From: Candidatus Omnitrophota bacterium
GTDB lineage: Bacteria; Omnitrophota; Gorgyraeia; Zapsychrales; Zapsychraceae
Direction of reading: 5' to 3'
Length of the DNA: 64,000 nucleotides
Assembly (NCBI GenBank): GCA_021108075.1
Contig: JAIORP010000206.1
Coordinates: 831 to 64,830 of the forward strand
Shown here: positions 28,401 through 40,400 of the stretch, piece after piece
Layout: the number at the start of each line of letters is the position of its first letter
How positions within the stretch are numbered: the stretch's first letter is position 1
The notes under the pieces: generated by a model
Databases searched by the model: none
What the model was told of the DNA's origin: nothing
Seen by the model: the letters and a program-made list of their open reading frames with translations, nothing else
Translations under genes and position numbers: made by a program

Positions 28401-31400
28401 ATGACCCCGTACAATTTCTATGCGGCGTTTAAGTTCCTGAACGTGTTCATAGAAGCGTGGATAGTCGGCTAAGAATTTACGCAATTTCTCATCGCGTTCA
28501 ATCTCTTCTTGCCATTGTGTTTTGTCATGCGTCATGGCCTCAAAGAGATAGCCATCGACATCAATCATGCCTGGAAGGTCACCAAAAATCTCTTCCGCAA
28601 TATCGAGGAACAGATACGAGAAGGCCGGATTACCGATATGGACCAACGACTTAACCTCTTGCCCTTTATCTTCAATACCAAAGCGGCGTAATAACTCCGA
28701 TCGGCTGCGCCGGCGGACTTGCATTCTCAAGTCTCCGGTCGCATCGTCGCGGAACAACCATTCTTTGTTTTCGGCAAGGTCATCCGTAACCGTGACAAGG
28801 CTTCCGAAACGGACAGCATCTGTTTCGCTTAAGTCCATGTCTAGTTCCGATAAAAGATTAGACGCAATTTGAACTTCGTCACCCCACTTCCAGGCTAAAC
28901 CGCGGAATCCCATGCGTCTTAAATGGTAAGCGACCAGATGCCACACATACGGTGAAGCGGTTGCGCCGGATAACCAGCGTCGATCTTTACCTGTTCGCAT
29001 TAAGATCTTCAAGAACGGTTTGATTCCAAAGACGCGTTGGGTTAACGGACTCATACGGGTTCCGGAACCTGGCAACATCGCGCCAACCGACACGCTGTTA
29101 CGGTCAAAGTCACCGTAACGTTGTTTCCAGTCGCGGTAGGCATCCAATAATCCGAGGAATTGTCCGCGTCGTCCGACTTCCGGATAAGCCATGATGCGAA
29201 CGCGTTCGTCTGCGCGCAGTAAACTTTTTGTCTTGATCGCGAAGTCTTCTTCAACACTGACTTCGTCCCCGCCGCTGGTGATCGCGATCAGCTCATGAAC
29301 ACCTAGTGATTCCTTAACAATCATGCGTAATTCTTTTATGTTGGCGATCAGATTTCTCAAGGCCTTGCGTGTTGTTCCTCTAGGCCCTTGACCATCTGAG
29401 GCCTTTGCTTCTTCGTCTTCAGGTAACGCGATCGGTCTGCGGCTAACCTTGGCCATTTCTATTGCGATCACGCTGTCGGTAATTGGTAATACGCCTGATT
29501 GAACCAGATAAGATTGAAGTTTAGCGGTTCTGCTGGCGATCATACCGATCACGTTCAATAGACGGTAAAGGGCATAAACGAATAAATTGATAAAACCACG
29601 TTTATCTGACGCCATCTCTGGCTTGTACAGCAGGATATAACCCATCATTTCGTAGAAGGTCCACGTATTTCCGAATGAGGTGACCGCGTTATGTTTAACC
29701 GGCATAACGTAGACACCGAATGGCGAAAAGATCACGGTATGGGCGATGTCTTGTTCTTGTAAGGCTTTGATATACGAGGAAACTTGTTCCGCTAAGGCTT
29801 CAAGGTCATCGCGGGTTGAAAAATAATATCCTTGAGCCGGCCAATCGCGGAGCATTGAGATACGAACACTACCGCGTGTTTCTATCAACTCTTTATGTGC
29901 CCGTTCTAATGGTGATTTATCTTCTGGCAAATACATCCCGTGCAAGTGCAAGTCATGAATGGAAGCACCGGCAGCCAAACTGTTAAATGTGAGTCTGAAC
30001 CGGCCCGTTGTGTTTTGGGCCACCCAGCGAATGGCTCGTATGATATCTTGCGGCCGCAATACTTGATCCACAACATTTTCAAATCCGTCCATAAGAAGAA
30101 GGAAGTGACGTAAGGCATACGGATATTTTTGTTCCAGCAGATCAACCTTTTCGCTATCAATCTCACCGCGGTAGAAAAATTCTTTTTCATCCTGAATAAC
30201 AGCCGGATAGGTTGGGTCACCTTCTCTTCTCGGTTGCGTGACGCTTTCATAGGACCGTGCCGGCATTGGCCGTTTGGTTCTCCATGGAGTCAAGACGCGT
30301 TTAAATCGTCCCGCTCTTGACATCGACGGCACGCGTGTCGGCGGCAGAAGTTCTTCAATCATTTTCTCCAAGGTCCCCATGCCAACGGTTACGATCTTTC
30401 TTAACGCGACCTTAATACCGTATTCATCCCGGCTGACTTCAACCTTAACGTTCTCTAATACATTCAGGCCTTTACTTGTTTCTTCGACTAATCCATCAAG
30501 TTCTTGAGCCTTGAATGTTTCGTCACTATTATTTGTAATATAAACTTTTCCGCGAACTTCCGCCCGGCTCAGGTCGATTGAACCTTTAGATGTCACATCG
30601 GAATATAGTTTCGATGATGATTCTGAGGCGGCCCGTGTGGTCACGCGGGAGGCATCCGTTTCCGGAGCGAAGTTTCCGGACGGTGTTTTTACATCGACAC
30701 GGCTTTCTTTTTCATCATTCATTATCGGCCGTGTCTTTTGTGACATTTTCAGCCCGGCACTGCTGATCTTAGCCCTTACCGCCTTAAAAATGTTCCGCAA
30801 GGCTTGCATTCCGGAAGCCTGCACGGCAAAGATAGACTTAATCTTCGCGTCCATTTCAAAGTAGGTTGCGACTGTGCGTCTGTCCGCTTCAGCATGAGAA
30901 CCGGTTGTCAGCTCGCTGACTTCGTGGAAGGCGATGACTTCATAAGCGCCTTTGCGTTCTTGTTCTGTCCGGAAGGTTCGATTAAATCTCTGATAAACTT
31001 TCTTGGATGAGAAGTAGATCACAAGGGTCTGACGGCCTTCAATGGTTTCAAGTCTGGCCCAGATAAATCCTTCCGGCGGGGCATGCGCTACAGGCGTGTT
31101 GAAGTATTTGACTTGAACGGGGATGTTTGTTCCACGATGATTAATATCGTTATATCGCGTTACAAATTCAACGCGCAGGGCATTATCCGCTAATGCATTC
31201 AACCCAGACTCAAGCGTTTTTCCGATATTACCCATGTAACCGACAGCCTCAGGAGAAGCAATCTCCGTTCGGCCGTCAACCGTGTAAGCCTTGACGATCT
31301 CATAGAATTCTTTCAACGCTTCAATGTCTCCGGTCTGACTGGCTGTCGTGGTGATACTTACAAATCGGTCCCAATCTTCCGAGTTATTTAGGGCAATGAC

Positions 31401-34400
31401 GTCTAAATATGTTTCGCGGATAAATTCTTTTGTGTCCCGATCATACAACAATACGCCCATCGTCGCGACCTGGATATACTTATCCAAACCAGTCGCCGCC
31501 TGCAACCGGTCCGGTGTCGTGAGAATGACCTCCGCATCAGCAGGCGTAATATAACTTTCGTGATCCTCAACATTGTCCACTAACTCCCGCAAGAATTTAT
31601 TGTTGTCTATTTCTTCCTGTGTCCGTCTCGCGTGTGGGTGGGTTAAACCGATTAATGTTCCGTCATCCACTTTGTTGAGCTTGACGATGCGCGCAAACTC
31701 GCCATTGAAGATTGATGCTGAATGATCTGTTCCAACCTGGCCAATTTCCAACGGCACATTGTAACGGACAACAACATCTAAATGATTAGCCGTGTTTTCT
31801 TGTTGTAAAATTCTGTCGACCAATGGAATGCTGTCATCCTGGAACTTCACGCGTTCGCTTTCCGGTAAATACTCGATCAAGTCTTTTTGCAGGATCAGCT
31901 GGGATTCCGGAATAAAATTGTAGGTTAAATTGTTCATGCCCGCATCCGCTTCTGAAATCTTGGATATGACTTGAACGCCGACTTCACGCGTGTCTTCTCT
32001 GGCTGCCAGGTAAACATTTGTTCGGTGATACGCGCTATGAACCATATCATCCAATAAAACCTTACGGACACGGTCGTTCCAGCTTTTACCGGCAGGATCG
32101 ACTTGACCAATACCGGCTGATTCTCTAATTCCAAGAACTTTTGGAACTGCGACTTTATTAAAATGGGTTGGGTTATCGCCGTACAGAATACCTAAAGCCT
32201 CTACCATCAGCGATGTGCCTTGAATAAAATCGGTGAAACGTTGTCTGGCTTCGGTCACAGGATAAGTATCACTGTTTTCACGTTCAACTTTGAGACTTTC
32301 GTTTAATTGCTGAATGGCCCTGAGATGGGCTTCTCCATTCTTGAAGATGGATTTGATTCTAGCGTCCCGTTTTGGAAAAGCTTGTCGCGTGCGTTGATCA
32401 GCTTCTTCGTGACGGCCTGTATTCATCTCGATGGTTTCATGAAATACGATTGCTTCTAAAGCTGATTTTTGTTTTTCTTCTGTCTTAAACGTTCTTAAGA
32501 ATTTCTTGTACAGGGCTTTTGATGAGAAATAAATCGTTACTGCGTGTTGGTTACCGTCTGATTCAAATTCCGCCCAAATAAAGCCTTCCGGCGGAGCTTT
32601 ATCAAAACTTGTCTTGAAGTATTTAACTCGAACCGGTCTATTCGCATCAACGAAAAATGAAATGATGTTGGAATATTCTTTTACGAGTTTAACGCTGCCT
32701 GGATCTTTTGCTGTAGATTTAAGTTTGCTTTCAAGGTCCTGTGGAATATTACCCATGTAACCGACAGCCTCAGGAGAAGCAATCTCCGTTCGGCCGTCAA
32801 CCGTGTAAGCCTTGACGATCTCATAGAATTCTTTCAACGCTTCAATGTCTCCGGTCTGACTGGCTGTCGTGGTGATACTTACAAATCGGTCCCAATCTTC
32901 CGAGTTATTTAGGGCAATGACGTCTAAATATGTTTCGCGGATAAATTCTTTTGTGTCCCGATCATACAACAATACGCCCATCGTCGCGACCTGGATATAC
33001 TTATCCAAACCAGTCGCCGCCTGCAACCGGTCCGGTGTCGTGAGAATGACCTCCGCATCAGCAGGCGTAATATAACTTTCGTGATCCTCAACATTGTCCA
33101 CTAACTCCCGCAAGAATTTATTGTTGTCTATTTCTTCCTGTGTCCGTCTCGCGTGTGGGTGGGTTAAACCGATTAATGTTCCGTCATCCACTTTGTTGAG
33201 CTTGACGATGCGCGCAAACTCGCCATTGAAGATTGATGCTGAATGATCTGTTCCAACCTGGCCAATTTCCAACGGCACATTGTAACGGACAACAACATCT
33301 AAATGATTAGCCGTGTTTTCTTGTTGTAAAATTCTGTCGACCAATGGAATGCTGTCATCCTGGAACTTCACGCGTTCGCTTTCCGGTAAATACTCGATCA
33401 AGTCTTTTTGCAGGATCAGCTGGGATTCCGGAATAAAATTGTAGGTTAAATTGTTCATGCCCGCATCCGCTTCTGAAATCTTGGATATGACTTGAACGCC
33501 GACTTCACGCGTGTCTTCTCTGGCTGCCAGGTAAACATTTGTTCGGTGATACGCGCTATGAACCATATCATCCAATAAAACCTTACGGACACGGTCGTTC
33601 CAGCTTTTACCGGCAGGATCGACTTGACCAATACCGGCTGATTCTCTAATTCCAAGAACTTTTGGAACTGCGACTTTATTAAAATGGGTTGGGTTATCGC
33701 CGTACAGAATACCTAAAGCCTCTACCATCAGCGATGTGCCTTGAATAAAATCGGTGAAACGTTGTCTGGCTTCGGTCACAGGATAAGTATCACTGTTTTC
33801 ACGTTCAACTTTGAGACTTTCGTTTAATTGCTGAATGGCCCTGAGATGGGCTTCTCCATTCTTGAAGATGGATTTGATTCTAGCGTCCCGTTTTGGAAAA
33901 GCTTGTCGCGTGCGTTGATCAGCTTCTTCGTGACGGCCTGTATTCATTTCAATAATTTCATGGAAGGCAATAACTTCATAGGCATCTTTTTGCTTTTGAT
34001 CTGTTCTAAATGTTTTTAAAAACTTCTTGTACAGGGCTTTTGATGAAAAATAAATAACGAATGGTTTTTGGTCATTAATGGATTCAATCCGTGCCCAAAT
34101 GAAACCTTCCGGTGGAGCTCGGCTTAATGTTTTTGTGAAATATTTAACTCTAATCGGAGAGTCGATTAAGAATGGAATGGTCTCCGTAATTTCTCTAACT
34201 TGTTTGACATTGCGTGCATCATTCGCATACTCGCGTATCTCTTCGACTGTCGATTGGCCAATATTACCCATATATCCCACCTTAATCGTATCATCAGATC
34301 TTCTGTCTCTTGTTGTGTCTTTCGCCTTCTTCACCGCAGCTTTGACGGAAGACAATCTTTTTTCCGGCAATGATATGGACATTTCAATTTTTGTGCCTTG

Positions 34401-37400
34401 CTCGGCATCCGGGGTCGTTTCTGTTTCCGCTTTGACGCGGGCCATTTCTTCGTCTAACAATTCATCAACCGGTTTTTGTCGAACAGCTGTTGGCGCCAAT
34501 TCACCGTTTCTCATCACAAACGCGGCTAACCCTAAACGGCGCATGGTGTAGGCCATATTGAACTGAATGTCTTCGACCAATTCTTTCGTATTGGCCCGCA
34601 TGGTTACATACGCGCGTTGATCTGTGAATAATGTGAATAAATGTCCGGCAACTTCATCCAGGGATTTAATTTGATAGCTTAATTCATCTACCGGCCGAAT
34701 AAGCTCTTTGCTGATTGCGCGTGGAACGACCTTTCCTTGCCTTTCAATCTCGTCAACAACGTTAACCAGATACCCTGTTTCGCCATGCTGGATTTGCCGC
34801 CCTATTCCACCAACGTTGTAAGCAATCACCGGAACGCCCTTATCGATCGATTCAGAAACTTTAATTTCGTAACCTTCAGCTAATGATAATTGTAAGGCCA
34901 CACTTGAGCGTCTTAAAATCGCGTTCAAGACGTGGTCGTTATGTGGTAAGCGGGCAACCTTCACGTCTTGAGCGAATTCAGATGGATATAAACTTTGAAT
35001 ACGGTCTAAAGTATCGATATACAGTTTCATCCCGTCGGTATCATCAACAGCGCCATGACCGGCTAAGATGAGCTGCGGCAGTATTGCGGCCGTTATATCG
35101 TTTTCCTTAATATATGATTTCATCATGACCCAGAAGCGGTAATAAGCTTCAATCACGCCAGGAATGTTCTTGGATGGATCCATACGCGCGACTTGAATGA
35201 TGCTTGGACGATTAAGATCTAAGGCGGTCATCAATTCCGGATTGATGCTGATTTGTCTTTGAGTGAACCATTCTCGCATCTCATCCTGGTGTTCTGCTAT
35301 ATAGCGGGCGATCACGCCTGACTCTGTCGCTGTTCCGGCTTCATGGGCCAGGAAGAAATTGAAGCGGGCTAATGCGTCAGCGGTTGTTTCCGTTGAATGC
35401 TCCGTGTTCAAGTCATCGACACGGTCTGTTGACGGGTTCATAATGACTGTCGGTTTATCGGCGATAACATTTTCAGGAACAGATTCTTCGATTGGATCTG
35501 TTGGCTGAATGATAACGACGTGCGCGTATTTCTTAATGGTTTGCCACAAGAAATCCCAGTTAGTTCGCGCCACGGTGCCTTCGCTCATATCCGCCTCGAA
35601 ATGGATGTGTGAACGATAGATCCACCTGACCGTCTTGCCGTATTTGTCCGCCATAGCCTGAATGTATGGCATCATTCCGGAGGGCTGATAGTCATGGTTG
35701 AAAATTACGATTTGATCTTTCGCTTTAGCGATAGCCGATTCTAATCTGGCAGCGTTGACCCTCCAATTTTCTCTTAAAAGCGCTTTGTCTTCCTCTGTTA
35801 ACGCTCGCACCAACCGGCCCTGGAATGTGTTGTGGAAACTGTTCTTTGTGATGTTAAAGACTTTTTCATTACCTGTCATCACAAACCAGTGGGCATCTAA
35901 TCCTAAGGCAAAACGAATGAGTCTTTGGAAGGCATGCAGCATTAAAGCCACTCCTCCTCCTTGAGCGGTTGAATTAATATCAAAAATCGTCACATCTTTT
36001 AATTCTCTTGCCCAGGAGAGGATGTTCTTCCAAATGCTCGCTGATGTTGTTTGCTCATAGCGGGCTTTGGACATCAACGGTGTGACAATGACTTCTTCTG
36101 TTTCTTTGTGTGTTCTGACTTTATAAACATCAAATGGCCCTTCTGTTTTGTAATGGCTAGCCACCCAGCGGGCTGTAACTTGAGATTGTCGGGCATTGGC
36201 GGTCATGTTACCGGCCATCATGGCGAGGACGATGTCTTGCTCTGGCAGCGTTTCAAGATCAGCCGCTTGCGCTCTCAACCAGAACAAATCAAATCCTGTA
36301 TCATATCTTAAGAACGTTCCTAACTCTGTTGCCACTTCCTCATTCAATCCAATAATCGCAGTGCTTGTGATCCGTACGTTTTGTCTCTGCGCTAAGATCC
36401 TTAACGCCTTTGCAATCGCTTGCGTATATGCTGTGATGTCCTCTTGCGCTTTTGGCGCGGCAATGGTGCTTGCCCGGCCGTCTGTTAAGGCAACGTAAAT
36501 ACCGTCTTTGACAACATTGATACCCGCGTGTGTTGTTGGGCGGACCGTGTCTGTTGTGGCCTGCAACGCCGGGCGGATGGACCAAATTCCGCCGATCAAT
36601 ATGATGGCGACAACCGTTATGACAACACCTGCGACAATCGTAACACTGATCCAGGGAGCGGCTGTTGCGGCTGTAACCATTGTCGCTGTCTGCGCTGTGC
36701 CGGCAGCCTTCACGGTCGACGCGGTCAAGGTCAACATCACCAAAAGAATGCTGAATAATCCGCGTTTTGCACCTTTGCGTCCTTTTTGTCTGTCCGAAGA
36801 TGTCTTGATTGTCGCGCTGTCTCTTCTTCCGCCCTTATCTCCGTTATCATCGTCTTGATCGTTTTTGATTTGTGTCTGATCAATAACTTCGACTTTAAGT
36901 CCTTGATATTCTTGTCCGAATAATGTTCTAAAGAAATCCGCGTGGTAAGCGCCGACAATAAACCGGACTGATTTACCTGATTGAACAGCGCGCGCAACGA
37001 TTTGTTTAATATTTTCTTGCGCCATTTGCATGCGCCATTCAATAATAATATCTTTAACAATATAGTGAACAGCCGCTTCAGATGTTGGATGATCAATAAA
37101 TGATCGAATCATCCCGACGCGTGGTTGTTGGCCTTCTGGAAGTTCTTCTGTCATGCGGGTCAACTCAATGGCCAGGGCCCTTAAAACCTCCGTCCAATTG
37201 GACATGAAGTTTGTCCAGGTTAATAACGTCCAGGGCGACTGATTAACAACATCGACTAATTTTCTTTCTGAACGGCGAGATATATATGTATTAAATTGAC
37301 GGTACAGTTGACGAGTAGAGGCTGTTAATTTCTGGTCATTAATAGCGTTCCAAGCCGACCTGAATGTCGTGTTCGTGCGGGCGTAAATCACTAATTGTTT

Positions 37401-40400
37401 GATGACGTCGTTTAAGACTCGCGTTTCTTGATGTGCCAGGAGTCCGTAGCGGCTTAAGACATAGCTTAAGACAACCGCTAACTCATCTTCAATGCCGTAG
37501 ACCTGACCTTTAGACTGGTAACCGAAAAGCAGCTCAACGATGGCTTCAACGGATTGCTGATTATGAACGACGTTCTCCATACCCACGACAATGTCGCCTT
37601 CATTCGCGCGTTGAACATATTGTTTCAAGAATGGCTGATAGCTTTCAGATGAATGGTCCACTGCGAAAACTTTGATGTCCGGTTGTTGTGGAATAAGGTC
37701 TGGATGAGCGTATTGAAGAACAGACGCTAATAACTCAGCAGAAATGGTTGCTGTTGCCTGAACGTTTATGTCTGTTAAGCCTAATCGTTGTTGAATCAGC
37801 TTCACATATAATTTTTCATAATTAGCCGCCATATTCTCTAATGTGTACAGGCTTAACACGCGTTGCCGGCCTGCGCGGCCCATCAATGCTCTTGTTGGCT
37901 CATCCCTGGCCAGTCTGACAATTGCTTTTGCTAACTCATCAGCTGATTTTGGTGCAACGAGTACGCCGGCTTCTGTTCCTAATGTTTCAGGGATGCCGCC
38001 GACATGGCTGGCAACGATTGCTTTTTCAGCTACCATGGCTTCCAGCATACTTAACCCTTGACCTTCAGAAATGGATGGCAATGTAAAAATGTCCATCATC
38101 GAAACAGCTTCAGCGACATATTTATGTGGAATGACGCCTGGCAGGATAAAAATCCCTTCCAGGCTCATTGCTTTGATTTCCTGTTCCAGACTTTCACGTT
38201 CTTCACCTTCTCCGATGAGAACAAAACGGGCGTTTGGCATTTGTTCATAAATTTGCTTGGCCGCGCGGACGAAATATTTCTGGCCTTTAACAGCATGTAA
38301 ACGAGCCAATGAACCGATAACAAACTTACCGTCAAATTCTTTTGCTAACGCGCGAAGCGTCGGATGCGTCACGTGTGTAATCGGTGTTTCGAATAGTTTA
38401 ACATTAATACCGTTTGGAATAATTTCGATCTTACGTTTGGCAATGCCTGTTTTGATGTGTGCGGCTTTTTCTTCCGCACTTAAAGCGACTAAGGCATCAT
38501 CGACCAATCGAATTCCCCATGTGGTTGAATGATAGCCAACCAAGCCGCGAATAACGCTGGACCATTTATTGATATCCGGCATCGAGTGATAGGTTGTGAC
38601 CACAACGGGAATACCGACTAAGTATTTAGCAATTATTTTTTTCACCAGGACTTTCAATCCACCGGTCAAATGAACGTGCAGAACATCCGGATCAATTTGT
38701 TTATAAAGTTTGTATTCGCTATATGTGCTTAACGCAGCTCTTTTTAGTTTATTCAGGAGCGATAAAATTTTTGCCGTCTTAGCCGCATATTTTGAATAGA
38801 ATTTACGTGGCAGCTTATACATCGGTTTAATAACAAATTTAACTCCGTGTTCTTTAGCGGTTCGAATGTCGTTATCATATTTTTCTTCCGTGTTTCTTGA
38901 TACGGTATAACAAGAATAAATGTTATTGTTTGTATGTGTCATCAGGTCCAAGGCCATCTTTTCAGCCCCACCACGGCTAAAGCTTCCGATGAGATGCAGC
39001 ACGCGAACGCGTCGGCTTTGTGAAGCAAGCTCCGCCTTCTTCTTCTTTAAGTGTGTGCGGACCGCCAACCATTGTCTGAAGGCTAAGATCGATAAAATGC
39101 CAAGTCCGGCAAGGACAAAGTATGGGGCGATCGCAATAACCGTTGATATTGTTAACCATGGTGTTGCCGCTGCCGTGACCATTGTTGTTTGCGCTGTTCC
39201 GGCCGCTTTGACAATGGCTGGGATGACAATCATTAACGCCGCCAGCGATACGATCTTTGTTGTCCGGCTCAAGCGGTCTGATTTTTTGATAACAGTATCC
39301 GTCTTATCCATTTCAGCCCGGATGTCTCTGAAGATGCGAACGAGAAAGACGACCAGGGCCGCTAACGCAATCACAATGCCGGCGGTTACAGCGATTGTTA
39401 TCCAGGGAGCCGCTGTTGCGGTTGTAACCATCACGGCTGTCTGTGCTGTCTCAGCTTCCTGTGTAATGGATGCGATCACGCCCAGGGCAATTGTCGGAAT
39501 ATAAATCAATTTCATGGTCAACAGGTATATCTTGATGAACACTTTTTTCACGCCATTCTTTTTAACAACACCTGTTGCTCCGCGATCATCGCCTTTGCCA
39601 AAGGCTCTTGTTATTACGGCTTGATACGGAGCCAGTGTGATGACGATATCTTTTTGGTTTAATCTTTCGCCGGTTAATTCCATGGATTTAACAAAATCTT
39701 GAACGCTTAATCTCTGGTCGGCTTGATAACCGATTTGATAGAGTTGTTTTGCTTTGAGGCGCACAACCTTTTCGTCGGCTGTTAAATTCACTAACCCTAA
39801 GATCGTTTGTTCCTGATCAACAGATGTCCGCGCGATAGCAGCAACGCCCTCAGCGACCTTCAACATTGTTTGTTTGGCCTGCGGAGCTAAAGCTTTAAGC
39901 AGCTTGCGTGAATGCAACATATCGATCAGATCCGGTGTCGGACCCTTAACTCTCATAATCTTATTCACCGCGTCCAATAGTGTTTCCGGGGCGCGGTGAA
40001 CGCTGCGCAATGTGGATGTTCTTTCGTATTCAGCCATATTATTAGAGGAAGCGAGGAAGTCTTTCACATCAAATCCAGGAACACCTTTAATCAGCATTAA
40101 GAGGGCGTAGATAGCGATATATTTTTCTTTCACGGCATTCTCTTCTTCTTGTATCGACATGGCCGTCATTATATCCCAAATCGTGGTATTTAGTTCATAG
40201 GCCTTTTGTGTCTTGTAAAGCTTGCTGCCGAATAAGGCTTCTGTGACTCTTGAGGCGGATTTACGGAGCGTCGAGACATTGTTGATGGAACGGTTACTGA
40301 TCAATGTGACACCGTATTTTGCCTTTGAATATTCTTGCCACAATTGAACCAATTGATCTTGCTTGCCTCCAAGCACGTCTTCACCTGAGCGAAGGGCGAT

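Larger units (their letters stand above)
30950..34300 (-). repeat. In-frame tandem array with a 1521-bp (507-codon) period: units A (~30950-32470), B (~32470-33990) and a partial diverged unit C (~33990-34300). Each unit encodes a module of unknown function.
   Basis: Shadow ORFs 31348..31554 and 32869..33075 are identical, as are 31934..32134 and 33455..33655; both pairs sit at offset 1521. Diverged similarity extends upstream of each unit start, e.g. gcccaaataaagccttccggcggagc (32.57 kb), gcccagataaatccttccggcgggg (31.06 kb) and gcccaaatgaaaccttccggtggagc (34.09 kb). Translated unit signature: VKYF-x-(T/K) ... APPEGFIWA ... IYFSSKALYKKF ... AYEVIAFHE(I/V)-x-E ... TG-x-HEEAD. A verified hand translation of 31348-31554 gives YITPADAEVILTTPDRLQAATGLDKYIQVATMGVLLYDRDTKEFIRETYLDVIALNNSEDWDRFVSITT. 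Confidence 0.85.

Noticed and set aside
30950-34300. Possible CRISPR array or mobile-element repeats suggested by the identical ORF pairs in the track.
   Set aside because: The repeat period is 1521 bp, with no short 25-40 bp direct repeats or spacers. The repeats are in-frame coding duplications of a protein domain inside the giant ORF.
36340-36585. Minus-strand shadow ORFs in other frames (e.g. 36340..36585, 38977..39159, 11864..12193).
   Set aside because: They are in minus frames with codon start mod 3 = 1 or 2, overlap the continuous coding frame, are short, and have biased composition. They are overlapping-frame artefacts.
38920-39504. Longest ORF in the supplied track (194 aa, + strand). 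Similar + strand ORFs include 34078..34551 (157 aa), 41539..42006 (155 aa) and 36508..36858 (116 aa).
   Set aside because: All lie antisense to the open minus-strand frame. Their Ala/Val/Thr/Ile-rich translations are mirror images of GC-rich hydrophobic codons of the TM hairpins on the coding strand. They are shadow ORFs, not genes.
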